Below, piece after piece: positions 30,156 to 43,470 of a stretch of DNA of 64,000 bases. Origin of the DNA: Myxococcota bacterium. GTDB taxonomy: Bacteria > Myxococcota_A > UBA9042 > PHBI01 > JAWLBL01. The DNA lies in assembly GCA_041687695.1 (NCBI GenBank), contig JAWLBL010000009.1, forward strand, positions 43,634-107,633, in the 5' to 3' direction. The notes under the pieces were generated by a model. The model made no database searches. It was not told the DNA's origin and was given only the letters and a program-made list of their open reading frames with translations. Each line of letters starts with the position of its first letter. The first letter of the stretch is position 1. Both the position numbers and the translations under genes were made by a program.

Positions 30156-30518
30156 CTACTCGCGGGCCCGGCGCGACGCGCACTCGGGGCACGGGCACTG
30201 ATCGCGCAGGTAGGAGAACGAGTAGATGCCCTCTTTGTGCCCGTCGCCCCAGGTGAAGGCGATGGCGTAGTGTCCGATGGGCTCGACCCGCTCGATGTGG
30301 ATCTGTCGGGGCGCGCCCTGGACCTGGCGGGCCGACAGGATGTTGAACGCCTTGGGTGGCCCGCCGTGGGTGCCCTTGCAGTCGGCGCAGGGGCAGATCT
30401 TGCGCAGCAGAGCCGGCGTGAACTGGGAGACGTGGCCGTCGGTCCAGGCGATGCGCGCCTCTCCCGCCTCGGTCCAGCCCATGTCGTCGGGTCGGATGTC
30501 CTCGAAGTCCTCTCGCAC
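30156..30518 (-). CDS. DUF971 (gamma-butyrobetaine hydroxylase N-terminal-like) Zn-binding protein
   Basis: IAWTDGH, LR..CPCADC, IGHYAI.F.WGDGH..GIYSFSYLR. Confidence 0.88.
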   Translation of the reverse strand: MREDFEDIRPDDMGWTEAGEARIAWTDGHVSQFTPALLRKICPCADCKGTHGGPPKAFNILSARQVQGAPRQIHIERVEPIGHYAIAFTWGDGHKEGIYSFSYLRDQCPCPECASRRARE

Positions 30519-30760
30519 GCGCTTCGCCTCTCGTCAGCGGCCGGTTGATAGCACGCGGCGCCCGCCAATGCACCGTTCCACGCGCCAGCGGCGGCCTCGC
30601 CCCGCCACGCCCGCGGACGCGGCGCCGGGGGCCCGCATCGCCCCGGACTTTGCCCCGGAACGATCCATTGGTCATGCTTGTTTCCACTCCACCCGACAGA
30701 ACTCGCGCTGTCATGGCCGGTGGCCTCGTCCCGCGCCGCGTGCAGCCCTCGGCGTTGAAA

Positions 30761-30789
30761 CTTGATTCCCCCCGGACGGTGCCCCATTT
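30761..30789 (+). promoter_or_regulatory. Sigma32/RpoH-like heat-shock promoter for lon
   Basis: CTTGAT (30761-66), 15 nt, CCCCATTT (30782-89); matches CTTGAA-N13-15-CCCCATnT with one mismatch. Confidence 0.6.
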
Positions 30790-30866
30790 GTCCAAGCTGC
30801 GCCCGCAGCCGGCATGGTTGGCGGCTCGTGTGGTGCGCACCGCCCTTCATCTGTGGAGAAACCTGC

Positions 30867-33323
<2,457 letters not shown>

Positions 33324-33362
33324 CGCGCCGCTCGGCGCCGCCCGAGTGGCTGATGACCAGAT

Positions 33363-33405
33363 GACGAAGCCCGCGGGATCATCCCCCGCGGGCTTCGTCC
33401 GTTTC
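33363..33405 (+). terminator. Hairpin terminator between convergent lon and eno
   Basis: Perfect 15-bp stem GACGAAGCCCGCGGG/CCCGCGGGCTTCGTC with 7-nt loop, followed by CGTTT. Confidence 0.7.
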
Positions 33406-33433
33406 GAGGGGCCGGAGGACGCCCGGCCGTGCC

Positions 33434-34711
<1,278 letters not shown>

Positions 34712-34887
34712 CTACCTCCGGAGGGGCGGGCGTTGATGGCAGGAACGTGAAAGGGGTCGCAGCCTCTGTAATGGTGGCCTCGTTGGAGGTCAACGGTTTG
34801 ACACCACGGGGCCCCGAGCCCGATGATCCGCCTCCCGTCCGCGTGGCCCGGGGGGGCGCGCGGCCCCACAGGCAAGGAACGAACGAC

Positions 34888-35337
34888 ATGAAGCGATGGA
34901 CCCTGGCCCTCGGCGCGCTGCTGGCCCTGTCCCTCTCGGCGACGGCGTGCGGCGGCAAGAAGGAGGCGACGCCCCAAGCGGACGCGGCCTCCCAGCAGCC
35001 CGGGACGACGCCTCCGGCGACGGCGGACGCCGGCGAGACGCCCGAGGCCCCCGCCGCGCAGCCGGACGCTGGCGCGGCCCCGGCGCCCGAGGCCCCCGCC
35101 CCCGACGCGCAGACGGGGCAGGTGGCACCGCCCGTGCACGACAAGGCGACGATGCAGCGGGCCTACGTCGAGATCTACTGCGCGCAGCGCAAGGGCGAGG
35201 CGCAGGCCCTGCTCGACCTGTACGCCAAGTACGGCTTCACCGACCCCGCGGCCTGGACCAAGGCCTGGACCGAGCACGCGAAGGACGCGGCCTGGGTCGC
35301 GCAGATCACGTCCGAGGCCATCAGCGCCTGCCCCTGA
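34888..35337 (+). CDS. Hypothetical lipoprotein
   Basis: ATG after AAGGA; lipobox ATAC; Pro/Ala linker; small helical C-terminal domain with two Cys. Confidence 0.75.
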   Translation: MKRWTLALGALLALSLSATACGGKKEATPQADAASQQPGTTPPATADAGETPEAPAAQPDAGAAPAPEAPAPDAQTGQVAPPVHDKATMQRAYVEIYCAQRKGEAQALLDLYAKYGFTDPAAWTKAWTEHAKDAAWVAQITSEAISACP

Positions 35338-35585
35338 GCGCCCACGGGCGCGCGACGCGAGCGGCTCGCTCAGCGCGCTCGGACGCCGCTCGCGCGTTCG
35401 GGCGCGCTCCGAGGCCCTCGCCCCCTCCAGACCCAGCGGCTCGCCGGCCTGACCCGAATCGGCGGCGGGCCCCGGCTCGAACGTCCCGTCAGACGTTCTC
35501 CGCGACGCCGGCCTTCGAGGCCGCTGACAAGCATGTCATAGCTTGACAGAGGGACTTGGAAGAGGGGCTTGGAAGAGGGGCTTCG

Positions 35586-35721
35586 AAAAGGGTGCGGCGT
35601 GTGAGCCGGGGAGACTCACACGCCGCGGGGGGAAGAGGGCTCTGAACGGACAGGGGAACCCGTAGAGCCTTCAGGAGGGGAAGAAGGAGGATTTGGGGAT
35701 AGGACAATTACCACACGCACC
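35586..35721 (-). ncRNA. Putative sigma-54-dependent small RNA with Pxr-like architecture
   Basis: Downstream of a consensus sigma-54 promoter; C/U-rich 5' region; stem-loop 35635-35672 (loop UUCCCCUG); UUCCCCCC linker; 12-bp perfect terminator stem 35594-35626 with UCCCC loop, then ACCCUUUU. Confidence 0.75.
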
Positions 35722-35732
35722 CCAGAGTATCT

Positions 35733-35747
35733 GCAACGTGCGTGCCA
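35733..35747 (-). promoter_or_regulatory. Sigma-54 (-24/-12) promoter
   Basis: Minus strand reads TGGCACG-CACG-TTGC, an exact match to TGGCACG-N4-TTGC. Confidence 0.85.
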
Positions 35748-35792
35748 ACCTCGCTCCCCGCGCCGAGACTGCCTCCGCCGCCCTCCTGGGGC

Positions 35793-35919
35793 GACTCAAA
35801 ATGAAACAGAACGCGCGTTGAATTCCCTTCGGGTCCCCCGAACGGGGGGGAGGGGCTCGGGAGCCGCCGAAAATGGCGGGCTGTCGAGGTGCCACCCATC
35901 CTAGTCTCACATTGAAACA
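35793..35919. promoter_or_regulatory. Candidate enhancer (bEBP) sites G(A/T)CTCA-N3-TGAAACA x2
   Basis: GACTCA-AAA-TGAAACA (35793-808) and GTCTCA-CAT-TGAAACA (35904-919); extra TGAAACA at 35934-40. Confidence 0.5.
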
Positions 35920-35955
35920 TCGCAAGCCCATTGTGAAACACACCCGGAACACGAG

Positions 35956-36783
35956 GTGTCCGTCGTGAGAAACGTCGCCGTCGTCCAGCTCTGCTCGACC
36001 CAGGACATCGAGGCGAACCTGAAGGAGATCGGCCGATACGTCCGCGAGGCGGCGGCGGCGGGCGCCGAGCTGGTCGCGCTGCCCGAGAACTGCGTCTTTC
36101 TGCGCACCGAGGCCGGGACCCAGGCGCCGGTGCAGCCGCTCGAGGGCGAGCTGATGGGCCGCCTGCGCGCCCTGGCCGAGGAGGCGGGCACCTGGCTGCT
36201 GGTCGGCAGCTTCCCCGAGCGGTCACCCGACCCGCGTCGCTACTACAACACGAGCGTCGTCATCGACGGGACGACCCGCGGGGCGCCCATCGTGGCCACC
36301 TACCGCAAGCTCCATCTGTTCGACATCGACATCCCGGGGAGCGAGAGCCAGCGCGAGTCCGACAGCATCATGGCCGGCGACCAGATCGTGTGCGCGGACG
36401 TGGCCGGCATGCGGACCGGGCTGAGCATCTGCTACGATCTGCGCTTCCCGCGCCTGTACTCGGCGCTGGTGGACGCGGGCGCCCAGGTCATCACCGTCCC
36501 GGCGGCCTTCACCGAATACACGGGCAAAGATCACTGGCTGGTGCTGCTGCGGGCCCGCGCCATCGAGACGCAGACCTTCGTGGTGGCGCCCGGCCAGTTC
36601 GGCTGGCACGGCGGCAAGCGGCGCAGCTACGGCAAGAGCGCCATCATCGATCCGTGGGGCATCCCGCTGGCGATGGCGCCCGACCGCACCGGCTGGGTGA
36701 TGGCGCGGCTGGACTTCGAGCACATGGAGTCGGTGCGTCGCTCGCTGCCCTGCGCGCAGCACCGCAGCCCCGTCGTCCGGTGA
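35956..36783 (+). CDS. Carbon-nitrogen hydrolase (Nit1/deaminated-glutathione amidase-like)
   Basis: LPE, YRKLHLFD, ICYDLRFP (E-K-C triad), PAAFT..TG..HW..LLRARAIETQ. Confidence 0.92.
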   Translation: MSVVRNVAVVQLCSTQDIEANLKEIGRYVREAAAAGAELVALPENCVFLRTEAGTQAPVQPLEGELMGRLRALAEEAGTWLLVGSFPERSPDPRRYYNTSVVIDGTTRGAPIVATYRKLHLFDIDIPGSESQRESDSIMAGDQIVCADVAGMRTGLSICYDLRFPRLYSALVDAGAQVITVPAAFTEYTGKDHWLVLLRARAIETQTFVVAPGQFGWHGGKRRSYGKSAIIDPWGIPLAMAPDRTGWVMARLDFEHMESVRRSLPCAQHRSPVVR

Positions 36784-36867
36784 GCCTGACGTGGTGGCGT
36801 GCGGCGCGGCGAGCGGCTATCTTGGCGGCGGCCCGAACGCGGGGCCGAGACACCTCGAGAGGATTCG

Positions 36868-37683
36868 ATGAAGCTCCGTCGCCTGCTGCTGCCCGCCGCC
36901 GTCACCTGCGCCCTGCTCGCCTCGGGGTGCGAGCGCAAGCCCAACGTCATCATCGTCAACGAGGACGAGGTCAAGGAGGCCGAGTCGCCGCCGCCGGGGC
37001 GCAGCGAGGAGGAGCTGCGGGCCGAGTACGAGGCGCGCATCAAGGCGCGCGAGAACCAGCCCGAGCCGGAGCTGGACCCGAACGACCCGCGCGAGAAGTT
37101 CGAGCTGGTCTGGAAGGTCGGGCAGAGCCGCATCGACTCCATCTATTCGGAGCGGGCCGAGATGCTCGGGCTGCTCAGCCGCATCAAGCTCGACGATCCC
37201 AAGGAGAAGGCCACGGTCGAGCCGCTCGTGAAGAAGCTGACCGAGTTCGGCATCGGCCGCGAGCCGGCGTCGATGGAGAAGGCGGCCGCCGAGCTCTGCA
37301 AGGTCATCGAGGAGGTGCGGGGGCCCGCCGAGGCGCTCATCGGCGCCGGCGAGACGGAGCTCAAGCGCATCAACGACGAGACGGCCGCGCTCGACGCCAA
37401 GGCCGAGAGCGGCGGGACCGTCTACCAGCGCCAGTGGGACAAGATCGACAAGGAGCGGACGCGCTGGTCGGCGCCCGTGAAGGCCGGCAAGCAGATGCTG
37501 CTGGTCATCAAGTCGATCCTCGAGGAGGGCTATGTGCTGGCGGACCTGGGGCCGCGCCGCGCGCAAATCGCCCTGCGCGACTGCCTGGGGCCGATGGTCG
37601 ACAAGCCGTTCACGCTGGACCTGACCCAAGACCAGCTGGTCGAGACGGTCGGGCGCGCCAAGTGGTACCGAGACCTTCCCTAG
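36868..37683 (+). CDS. Hypothetical alpha-helical lipoprotein
   Basis: ATG after GAGG; lipobox LASGC; strong GC3 bias. Confidence 0.75.
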   Translation: MKLRRLLLPAAVTCALLASGCERKPNVIIVNEDEVKEAESPPPGRSEEELRAEYEARIKARENQPEPELDPNDPREKFELVWKVGQSRIDSIYSERAEMLGLLSRIKLDDPKEKATVEPLVKKLTEFGIGREPASMEKAAAELCKVIEEVRGPAEALIGAGETELKRINDETAALDAKAESGGTVYQRQWDKIDKERTRWSAPVKAGKQMLLVIKSILEEGYVLADLGPRRAQIALRDCLGPMVDKPFTLDLTQDQLVETVGRAKWYRDLP

Positions 37684-37731
37684 CCGGCGCCGGGCAGAGT
37701 AGACAGGGGGCTCCCAACCCGGAGCCACCCG

Positions 37732-39807
37732 ATGCCCAACCGCCTCGCGAGCGAGACGTCGCCCTACCTGCTGCAGCACCAGGACAACCCGGTCGACTGG
37801 TGGCCGTGGTGTGACGAGGCGATCGCATTGGCGCGGGCCGAGGACAAGCCCATCCTGCTGTCCATCGGCTACTCGGCCTGTCACTGGTGCCACGTCATGG
37901 CCCACGAGTCCTTCGAGGACGCCTCCATCGCGGGCTTGATGAACGAGGCCTTCGTCAACGTGAAGGTGGACCGCGAGGAGCGGCCGGACCTCGATCAGAT
38001 CTACCAGACGGCCGTTCAGGCGCTACGCGACGGCCACGGCGGCTGGCCGCTGACGGTCTTCCTCACGCCCGAGCTGACGCCGTTCTGGGGCGGGACCTAC
38101 TTCCCCAACGTCCCGCGCTACGGGATGCCCTCGTTCCCGCAGGTGCTGGGGTCCATCCGCGAGGCGTGGCAGCACCACCGGGACGACCTGCTGGCGGACG
38201 GGCAGGCGCTGACCCGCATCGTGGCGCAGGCGACGCGTCCACCCGAGGCGACCGGCCAGGTGCCCGACCTGGGCCAGCTGCACGGCCTGGCGCGGCGCAT
38301 GCTCGGCGCCATCGACGGCGCCCACGGCGGCTTCGGCGAGCGCCCCAAGTTCCCGAACGCGTCGAACCTGTCGTTCATGCTGCGCGTGGGCGTCGCGTGT
38401 GAGGACGCCGACCTCGAGCGGGCCGTGGCGTTGACGCTCGACCGCATGGCCGCGGGCGGCCTGTACGACCACCTGGGCGGCGGCTTCCACCGCTACAGCG
38501 TCGACGAGCGGTGGCTGGTGCCCCACTTCGAGAAGATGCTCTACGACAACGCGGCGCTGGTCGGCCTGTACGCCGAGGGCTGGCAGGCGCTGGGGCACGA
38601 CCGCTGGGCGCAGGTCGTGGCCGAGACCGTGGGGTACGTGGTGCGCGAGATGCAGGCGCCGCAGGGCGGCCTGTATGCCACGCAGGACGCGGACAGCGAG
38701 GGCGAGGAGGGGCGCTTCTTCGTCTGGAGCCGGGACGAGGTCACGCGGGTCCTCGAGGCGGCCGGCCTCGGCGAGCGGGTGGCCGGCCTGTTCGAGGCGG
38801 TCTACGACGTCACGCCGGCGGGCAACTTCGAGGGACACAACATCCTGCACCTCGAGCGCTCGGTGGCCCACGCGGCGGCCGACGCGGGCTTCCCGGCGGT
38901 CGAGGCCGAGGAGCTGCTGGCGCGCGCGCGGCAGGCCCTGTTCGAGGCGAGAGAGCAGCGCGTGAAGCCGGGGCGGGACGAGAAGATCCTGACGGCGTGG
39001 AACGGCCTTATGATCGGCGCCATGGCCCGGGCGGCCCTGGCCTTCGACCGCGACGACTGGCGCGAGGCCGCCCGCCGGGCGGGGCGGTTCGCCGTCGACA
39101 CCCTCAGCGAGGCGAGCGGCGCCTGCCACCGCTTCTGGAAGGACGGACGGCTGGGCACCGACGGGGACCTCGACGACCACGCCTTCCTGGCGGACGGCCT
39201 GGTCCGCCTGTACGAGGCGACCGGAGAGTCCGAGTGGCTCGAGCGCGCCGAACGCATCGCCGAACGCATGATCGCCACGTTCCACGACGCGACCAACGAC
39301 GCCTGGTTCTTCACGCCACCGGCGCGCGCGCACGTCGTGGCCCGGCTCCACTCGAGCTACGACGGGTCGACGCCGTCGGGGGCCTCGGTGGCGACGCAGG
39401 TGCTGCTGCGCCTGGGCGTGCTGTGTGGCAACGAGACCTGGCGGGCCATGGCCGAGCGCACCCTGGCCCGCTACGCGCCGACCTTCAACCGCAACCCACT
39501 GGGGTTCGGCCACATGCTGGGGGCCGCCCTGCTGCACGCCCGCCCGCCGCGCGAGCTGGTGGTCGCGGGGACGGCGGACACGCGGCGGCCGCTGGTCCGC
39601 GTGGCGGGGCGCGCCTTCGCGCCCGACCTGATCCTGGTCCAGCTGACGGCGACCGGCGACGGCGCCCCCTCGCTGGCCCCGGGGCTGACCGCGGGCCGGC
39701 GCCTGACCAGCGCGGCGTCGTGCGCCTGGCTGTGCGAGGCCTACACGTGCCGGACGCCGACCGAGGACCCCGAGGTGCTCGCGATGCAGCTGGACGTGCG
39801 CCCCTGA
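37732..39807 (+). CDS. Thioredoxin-domain protein, YyaL/SPATA20 (DUF255) family
   Basis: [69 protein letters not shown]. Confidence 0.95.
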   Translation: MPNRLASETSPYLLQHQDNPVDWWPWCDEAIALARAEDKPILLSIGYSACHWCHVMAHESFEDASIAGLMNEAFVNVKVDREERPDLDQIYQTAVQALRDGHGGWPLTVFLTPELTPFWGGTYFPNVPRYGMPSFPQVLGSIREAWQHHRDDLLADGQALTRIVAQATRPPEATGQVPDLGQLHGLARRMLGAIDGAHGGFGERPKFPNASNLSFMLRVGVACEDADLERAVALTLDRMAAGGLYDHLGGGFHRYSVDERWLVPHFEKMLYDNAALVGLYAEGWQALGHDRWAQVVAETVGYVVREMQAPQGGLYATQDADSEGEEGRFFVWSRDEVTRVLEAAGLGERVAGLFEAVYDVTPAGNFEGHNILHLERSVAHAAADAGFPAVEAEELLARARQALFEAREQRVKPGRDEKILTAWNGLMIGAMARAALAFDRDDWREAARRAGRFAVDTLSEASGACHRFWKDGRLGTDGDLDDHAFLADGLVRLYEATGESEWLERAERIAERMIATFHDATNDAWFFTPPARAHVVARLHSSYDGSTPSGASVATQVLLRLGVLCGNETWRAMAERTLARYAPTFNRNPLGFGHMLGAALLHARPPRELVVAGTADTRRPLVRVAGRAFAPDLILVQLTATGDGAPSLAPGLTAGRRLTSAASCAWLCEAYTCRTPTEDPEVLAMQLDVRP

Positions 39808-39828
39808 CCGCCCGCTCGGGTCAGCGGT

Positions 39829-40035
39829 CTAGCGAGCCAGCCGCCACGCCAGGATCAGCACCGCGACGGCCAGGAACGACCACAGGAGCACGGTGACGAA
39901 GGTCACCTCGCGCTTGCCGCCCGGGCGACGCCGCTGCCCCATGGCGCCGCGGAAGCCCGAGCGCATGCTCATCATCGTGCCGCCGGAGCTGGGCGCCGGG
40001 CGCCGCTTGGGCGCGGTCTTAGCCTTGCGTGCCAT
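39829..40035 (-). CDS. Small basic protein with C-terminal transmembrane helix (68 aa)
   Basis: K/R-rich N-terminus and one hydrophobic helix; start overlaps the ferredoxin 3' end after GAGT/GAAG-rich sequence. Confidence 0.6.
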   Translation of the reverse strand: MARKAKTAPKRRPAPSSGGTMMSMRSGFRGAMGQRRRPGGKREVTFVTVLLWSFLAVAVLILAWRLAR

Positions 40036-40393
40036 CGTCTTCGGACTCCTCGAGCCGGAGGAGCTTGTCTTCGACGACGCGGCCGCCGACGACGTGCTCC
40101 TCGAAGATGCGATCGACGTCCTCGAGCGTCACCCGACCATACCAGGTGCCCTCGGGGTAGATGACGACCGTCACGCCCTGTTCGCAGTAGTCCAGGCAGC
40201 CCGCCTCGTTGGCGCGGACGCGGCCCTTGAGGCCGTGGATGCCCACGAGGGCCTTGAAGCGGTCGCGCACCTCGGAGCCGCCTCGCCGCTTGCAGCTGCC
40301 GCGGGGGTGGCCCTCGCGGCGCTCGTTCACGCAGACGAAGACGTGGCGCTCGTAGCCGGGTTCGCGCTGGGCCAAGGGGGCCTCTTCGGGCAT
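40019..40393 (-). CDS. Thioredoxin-like [2Fe-2S] ferredoxin
   Basis: HVFVC.N.R..GHPRGSC, GCLDYCEQG.TVVIYPEGTWY. Confidence 0.92.
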   Translation of the reverse strand: MPEEAPLAQREPGYERHVFVCVNERREGHPRGSCKRRGGSEVRDRFKALVGIHGLKGRVRANEAGCLDYCEQGVTVVIYPEGTWYGRVTLEDVDRIFEEHVVGGRVVEDKLLRLEESEDDGTQG

Positions 40394-43095
40394 CAGGGAG
40401 GGGTGCAGGCCTGGCTGGCGCCGCGGCGGCAGGCCTCGGCGAGGGCGGCGTTCATCTCGTCGATGCGTTGCATCCTCTGGAGCAGCGCGGCCGCCGTCAA
40501 CAGTGGTGCCGGATCGTCCGGCGTCAGGCGCGCCACGCGGCGGAAGGTCTCGACCGCGGCGGCGGCCTCGCCGAGCTCGACCTGGGCGCGGCCGAGGTTC
40601 TGCAGGCTCGGCAGGTGGTCGGGACGCCGCGCCAACGTCGCCTGGAAGGCCCGAGCGGCGCCGCGCCAGTCACCCGCCTCGACGGCCAGCTGGCCGAGTT
40701 CGAACGGCGGCTCCCAGCCGGGGCTGCCCGCGGCCGCCCGCTCGAGCGCCGCGACGGCCGCCTGGCGCTGTCCAGCGCGCGCGAGCAGGCGCCCCAGCAG
40801 GAACTGCACCTCGGCGTCACCGGGGCTCGCCGCGGCCGCCGCCTGGTACGCCGCGATGGCCTCGCGGGACCGCCCGGCGCGCTCGAGCGCCACGGCCCGG
40901 TTGCGCAGCACCGTCGCGGTGGCCTGCCCGTCCATCCGCGCGACCTCGTCGAACAGATCCGCCGCCTGGGAGAAGCGCCCCGCGCGAAACGCCGCGTCGG
41001 CCTGCGCCAGCAGCGTCCCCGCCTCGCCGCCCGGGGCGCCGTCGAGCAGCGCCAGGGCCTCGGCCGGCCGGCCCTCGGCGGTCGCCACGCGCGCCAGACC
41101 CGCCCGCGCCGCCTCCAGATCGGGCGCCTGGGCCAGCGCCGCCTCGTACAGCGGCCGCGCGCCGGCCCGATCGCCGCGCCGCTCGAGCAGCGTCGCCAGC
41201 GCGACCAGCGCCTCGGGGTCGTCCTCGCCCAGCGCCGTCGCCCGGGTCAGGGCGGCCTCGGCCTCGCGCTCCTCGCCGCGGGCCAGGTGGCTGACGGCCA
41301 GGCGGCGGAGCAGCTCGGCCGACTCGGCGCCCCGCGCGAAGGCCTCTTTCAGCGGGACGAGGGCCTCGTCGTGACGGCCGGCCTCGGCGAGCAAGCGGCC
41401 CGCCTGCTCGTGCCCACGCGTGGCGCGGAGATCCTGCGCGTCCAGAGCCAGCCACGACGCCACCGCGTCGTCCACGCGACCCTGTCGCTCGAGCGCCTCG
41501 GCCAGCACGCCGTGCAGCTCGGGGTCGAGCCCGTCGCGCAGCCCCAGCGCGTCACGCGCGTGCGCCTCGGCGAGGGCCCACTGCCCCAGCTTCATCGCGG
41601 CCCGCGCCTTGTCGAGCGCCGCCTCGGCCGGGTCGTCGGGCCGCGGCGGCGCCGGCGTGGGGTCTCCCTCGCGCTCGCCCGCCAACCGTGCGTGCCCACC
41701 GGGCTCGCGATCCACCAGGGCCGTCCGCTCGGGCGCAGGGGCCGCCGGCAGGTCGGCCGCGCGGGGTGGCTCGCGCAGCACCGCCCAGGCCGCGCCCCCG
41801 AGCCCGACCAGGAGCAGCGCGACCAGCACCCAGGCGGCCCGCTCGGGCGAGGCACGCTCGGGGCGCGTCGGCGCCGCCTTCGCGTCCGCCAGGATGTCCT
41901 TGATCGGGCTCGGCCGCGGGGCCGGCGCGACCATGCTCTCGGTGTTGCGGCGGACGGAGCGCGCGGGACGCTCGGCCGCGTTGCCCCCGTCGCGCGCCGG
42001 GGGCGCCGCCCGCGGAGGGCCGGCCAGGGTCGCGGTCGCGCCGCGCGTCCCCTCGAGCTGCTTGCGGGGCGCGCCCATCCGGGCGGTCTGACGCTTGAGG
42101 CTGGGCTTGTCGACCGGCGCGGCGGCTCGCTCCGCCTCGGGGCCGTCGTCGGACAGGAGCGGCCGCGCGCCCGCCGCGGCCAGCGGGTCGTCGCTGAACA
42201 GGTGGGCCTGTCGACGGAAGGCGTCGCGCAGCGCCTCGCGCACGTCCGACAGGCCGTCGCGGGCCAGCAGGTAGCGCAGCTGCTCGAGCACGACCGACAT
42301 CGACTCGGGCCGCTGCGACGGCTGGGGCGCCAGCATGTCCTGGACCAGCGCCCGCAGGCCAGGCGGCAGGTGGCCGACGACGCGACCGGGGTCGGGCACG
42401 GCGGCGCCGGGGCGGGTCAGGGCGCGGACGTCGGCCTCGGTCGCAAAGGGGAGCTGTCCGGTCAGCATCTCGAAGGCCAGCACGCCGAGCGAGAAGACGT
42501 CGCTGCGCGCGTCCTGCTCCTTCATGGCCAGGGCCTCGGGCGACAGGTAGATGCGCTGGTCGGCGACGCTGCCGATGCCCTCGAAGGCGGCGACGCCGGT
42601 GCGGACGAGCACCTGCAGGGACAAGCCGATCTCGGCCAGCAGGACGCGCCCGCGCAGCTGCAGCAGCACCGCGGCGGGACGCAGGTGCCCGTGGACCAGC
42701 CCGCGCTGGTGCACGAGCGACAGGGTCGCCGCGATTTCGTGCACGATCATCGCCGCGTGGGTCCACGGCAGCCGCTGCGAGGCGTCGATCAGCCGGCGGA
42801 CCGGGATGGCGCCCTCGACGACCTCGGTGACGTACCAGGCCTCGTCCGCGTGCAGCGGGGCCTGGTCGATGGGGATCTGCACGGCGACGTGCCGCAGCTG
42901 CGACCAGCGCTGCACCTCGTCCACGAAGGCCTTGAACAGGACCTCGCCGCTCTGCGCCGTCCGCGCGAGGCGCGGCAACAGACGCACCTCGACGCGGCGG
43001 TTGAGCTGCGTGTCCCAAGCCGTCCACACGTCGCAAGAAGGCCCGCTCGCCTTCAGCTCGACCAGCCGATACGGGCCCAGGAGCCGCTCTGCCAT
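40393..43095 (-). CDS. Ser/Thr protein kinase-like (probable pseudokinase) - TM - TPR protein
   Basis: Hanks-type fold (YLSPE, DARSDVFSLGVLAFEMLTG) with degenerate VEVR / HGHLRPAAV / AEIG motifs; one TM; ~10 TPR-like repeats. Confidence 0.85.
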   Translation of the reverse strand: MAERLLGPYRLVELKASGPSCDVWTAWDTQLNRRVEVRLLPRLARTAQSGEVLFKAFVDEVQRWSQLRHVAVQIPIDQAPLHADEAWYVTEVVEGAIPVRRLIDASQRLPWTHAAMIVHEIAATLSLVHQRGLVHGHLRPAAVLLQLRGRVLLAEIGLSLQVLVRTGVAAFEGIGSVADQRIYLSPEALAMKEQDARSDVFSLGVLAFEMLTGQLPFATEADVRALTRPGAAVPDPGRVVGHLPPGLRALVQDMLAPQPSQRPESMSVVLEQLRYLLARDGLSDVREALRDAFRRQAHLFSDDPLAAAGARPLLSDDGPEAERAAAPVDKPSLKRQTARMGAPRKQLEGTRGATATLAGPPRAAPPARDGGNAAERPARSVRRNTESMVAPAPRPSPIKDILADAKAAPTRPERASPERAAWVLVALLLVGLGGAAWAVLREPPRAADLPAAPAPERTALVDREPGGHARLAGEREGDPTPAPPRPDDPAEAALDKARAAMKLGQWALAEAHARDALGLRDGLDPELHGVLAEALERQGRVDDAVASWLALDAQDLRATRGHEQAGRLLAEAGRHDEALVPLKEAFARGAESAELLRRLAVSHLARGEEREAEAALTRATALGEDDPEALVALATLLERRGDRAGARPLYEAALAQAPDLEAARAGLARVATAEGRPAEALALLDGAPGGEAGTLLAQADAAFRAGRFSQAADLFDEVARMDGQATATVLRNRAVALERAGRSREAIAAYQAAAAASPGDAEVQFLLGRLLARAGQRQAAVAALERAAAGSPGWEPPFELGQLAVEAGDWRGAARAFQATLARRPDHLPSLQNLGRAQVELGEAAAAVETFRRVARLTPDDPAPLLTAAALLQRMQRIDEMNAALAEACRRGASQACTPP

Positions 43096-43162
43096 CGTCC
43101 TCCGCTCGCGCCGGGGCCCCTGCCGCGTTGACTTGCCCCGTAGTCGCCGTAGGTTACGCGCG

Positions 43163-43438
43163 ATGAACGGTTTTCGCCACGTCCGGTGGCCGCAGAACGC
43201 GCCGGGCCGGTTCTACGTCGACGAGCAGTGCATCGACTGCGACGTCTGCCGCGACATCGCCCCGGCCCTGTTCCGACGCGACGACCGGGACGCCCACTCG
43301 TTCGTGGCCAGGCAGCCCGCGACGGCCGACGAGCGGCGGGTCGCCGAGGAGGCCAGGGACGAGTGCCCGGTCGGGGCGATCGGCGACGACGGCGACGCGC
43401 TCGAGGAGCCCCCTGTCGGTCAGCCGGCCCGTCATTGA
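43163..43438 (+). CDS. Single-cluster [4Fe-4S]/[3Fe-4S] ferredoxin
   Basis: NAPGRFYVDEQCIDCDVC..AP...CPVGAIG. Confidence 0.9.
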   Translation: MNGFRHVRWPQNAPGRFYVDEQCIDCDVCRDIAPALFRRDDRDAHSFVARQPATADERRVAEEARDECPVGAIGDDGDALEEPPVGQPARH

Positions 43439-43470
43439 TCGGCCCGGTCGGGGGGCCGTAAGATGGCGAG

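Noticed and set aside
35489..35707. 72-aa minus-strand ORF over the sRNA
   Set aside because: TTG start with no RBS, atypical codon usage, and it runs through a terminator hairpin; the RNA structure explains the region better, though a dual function is not excluded.
35586..35721. 6S RNA, SRP RNA or tmRNA
   Set aside because: It lacks the long rod with central bubble, the SRP loop motif and tRNA-like ends; it has separate short hairpins instead.
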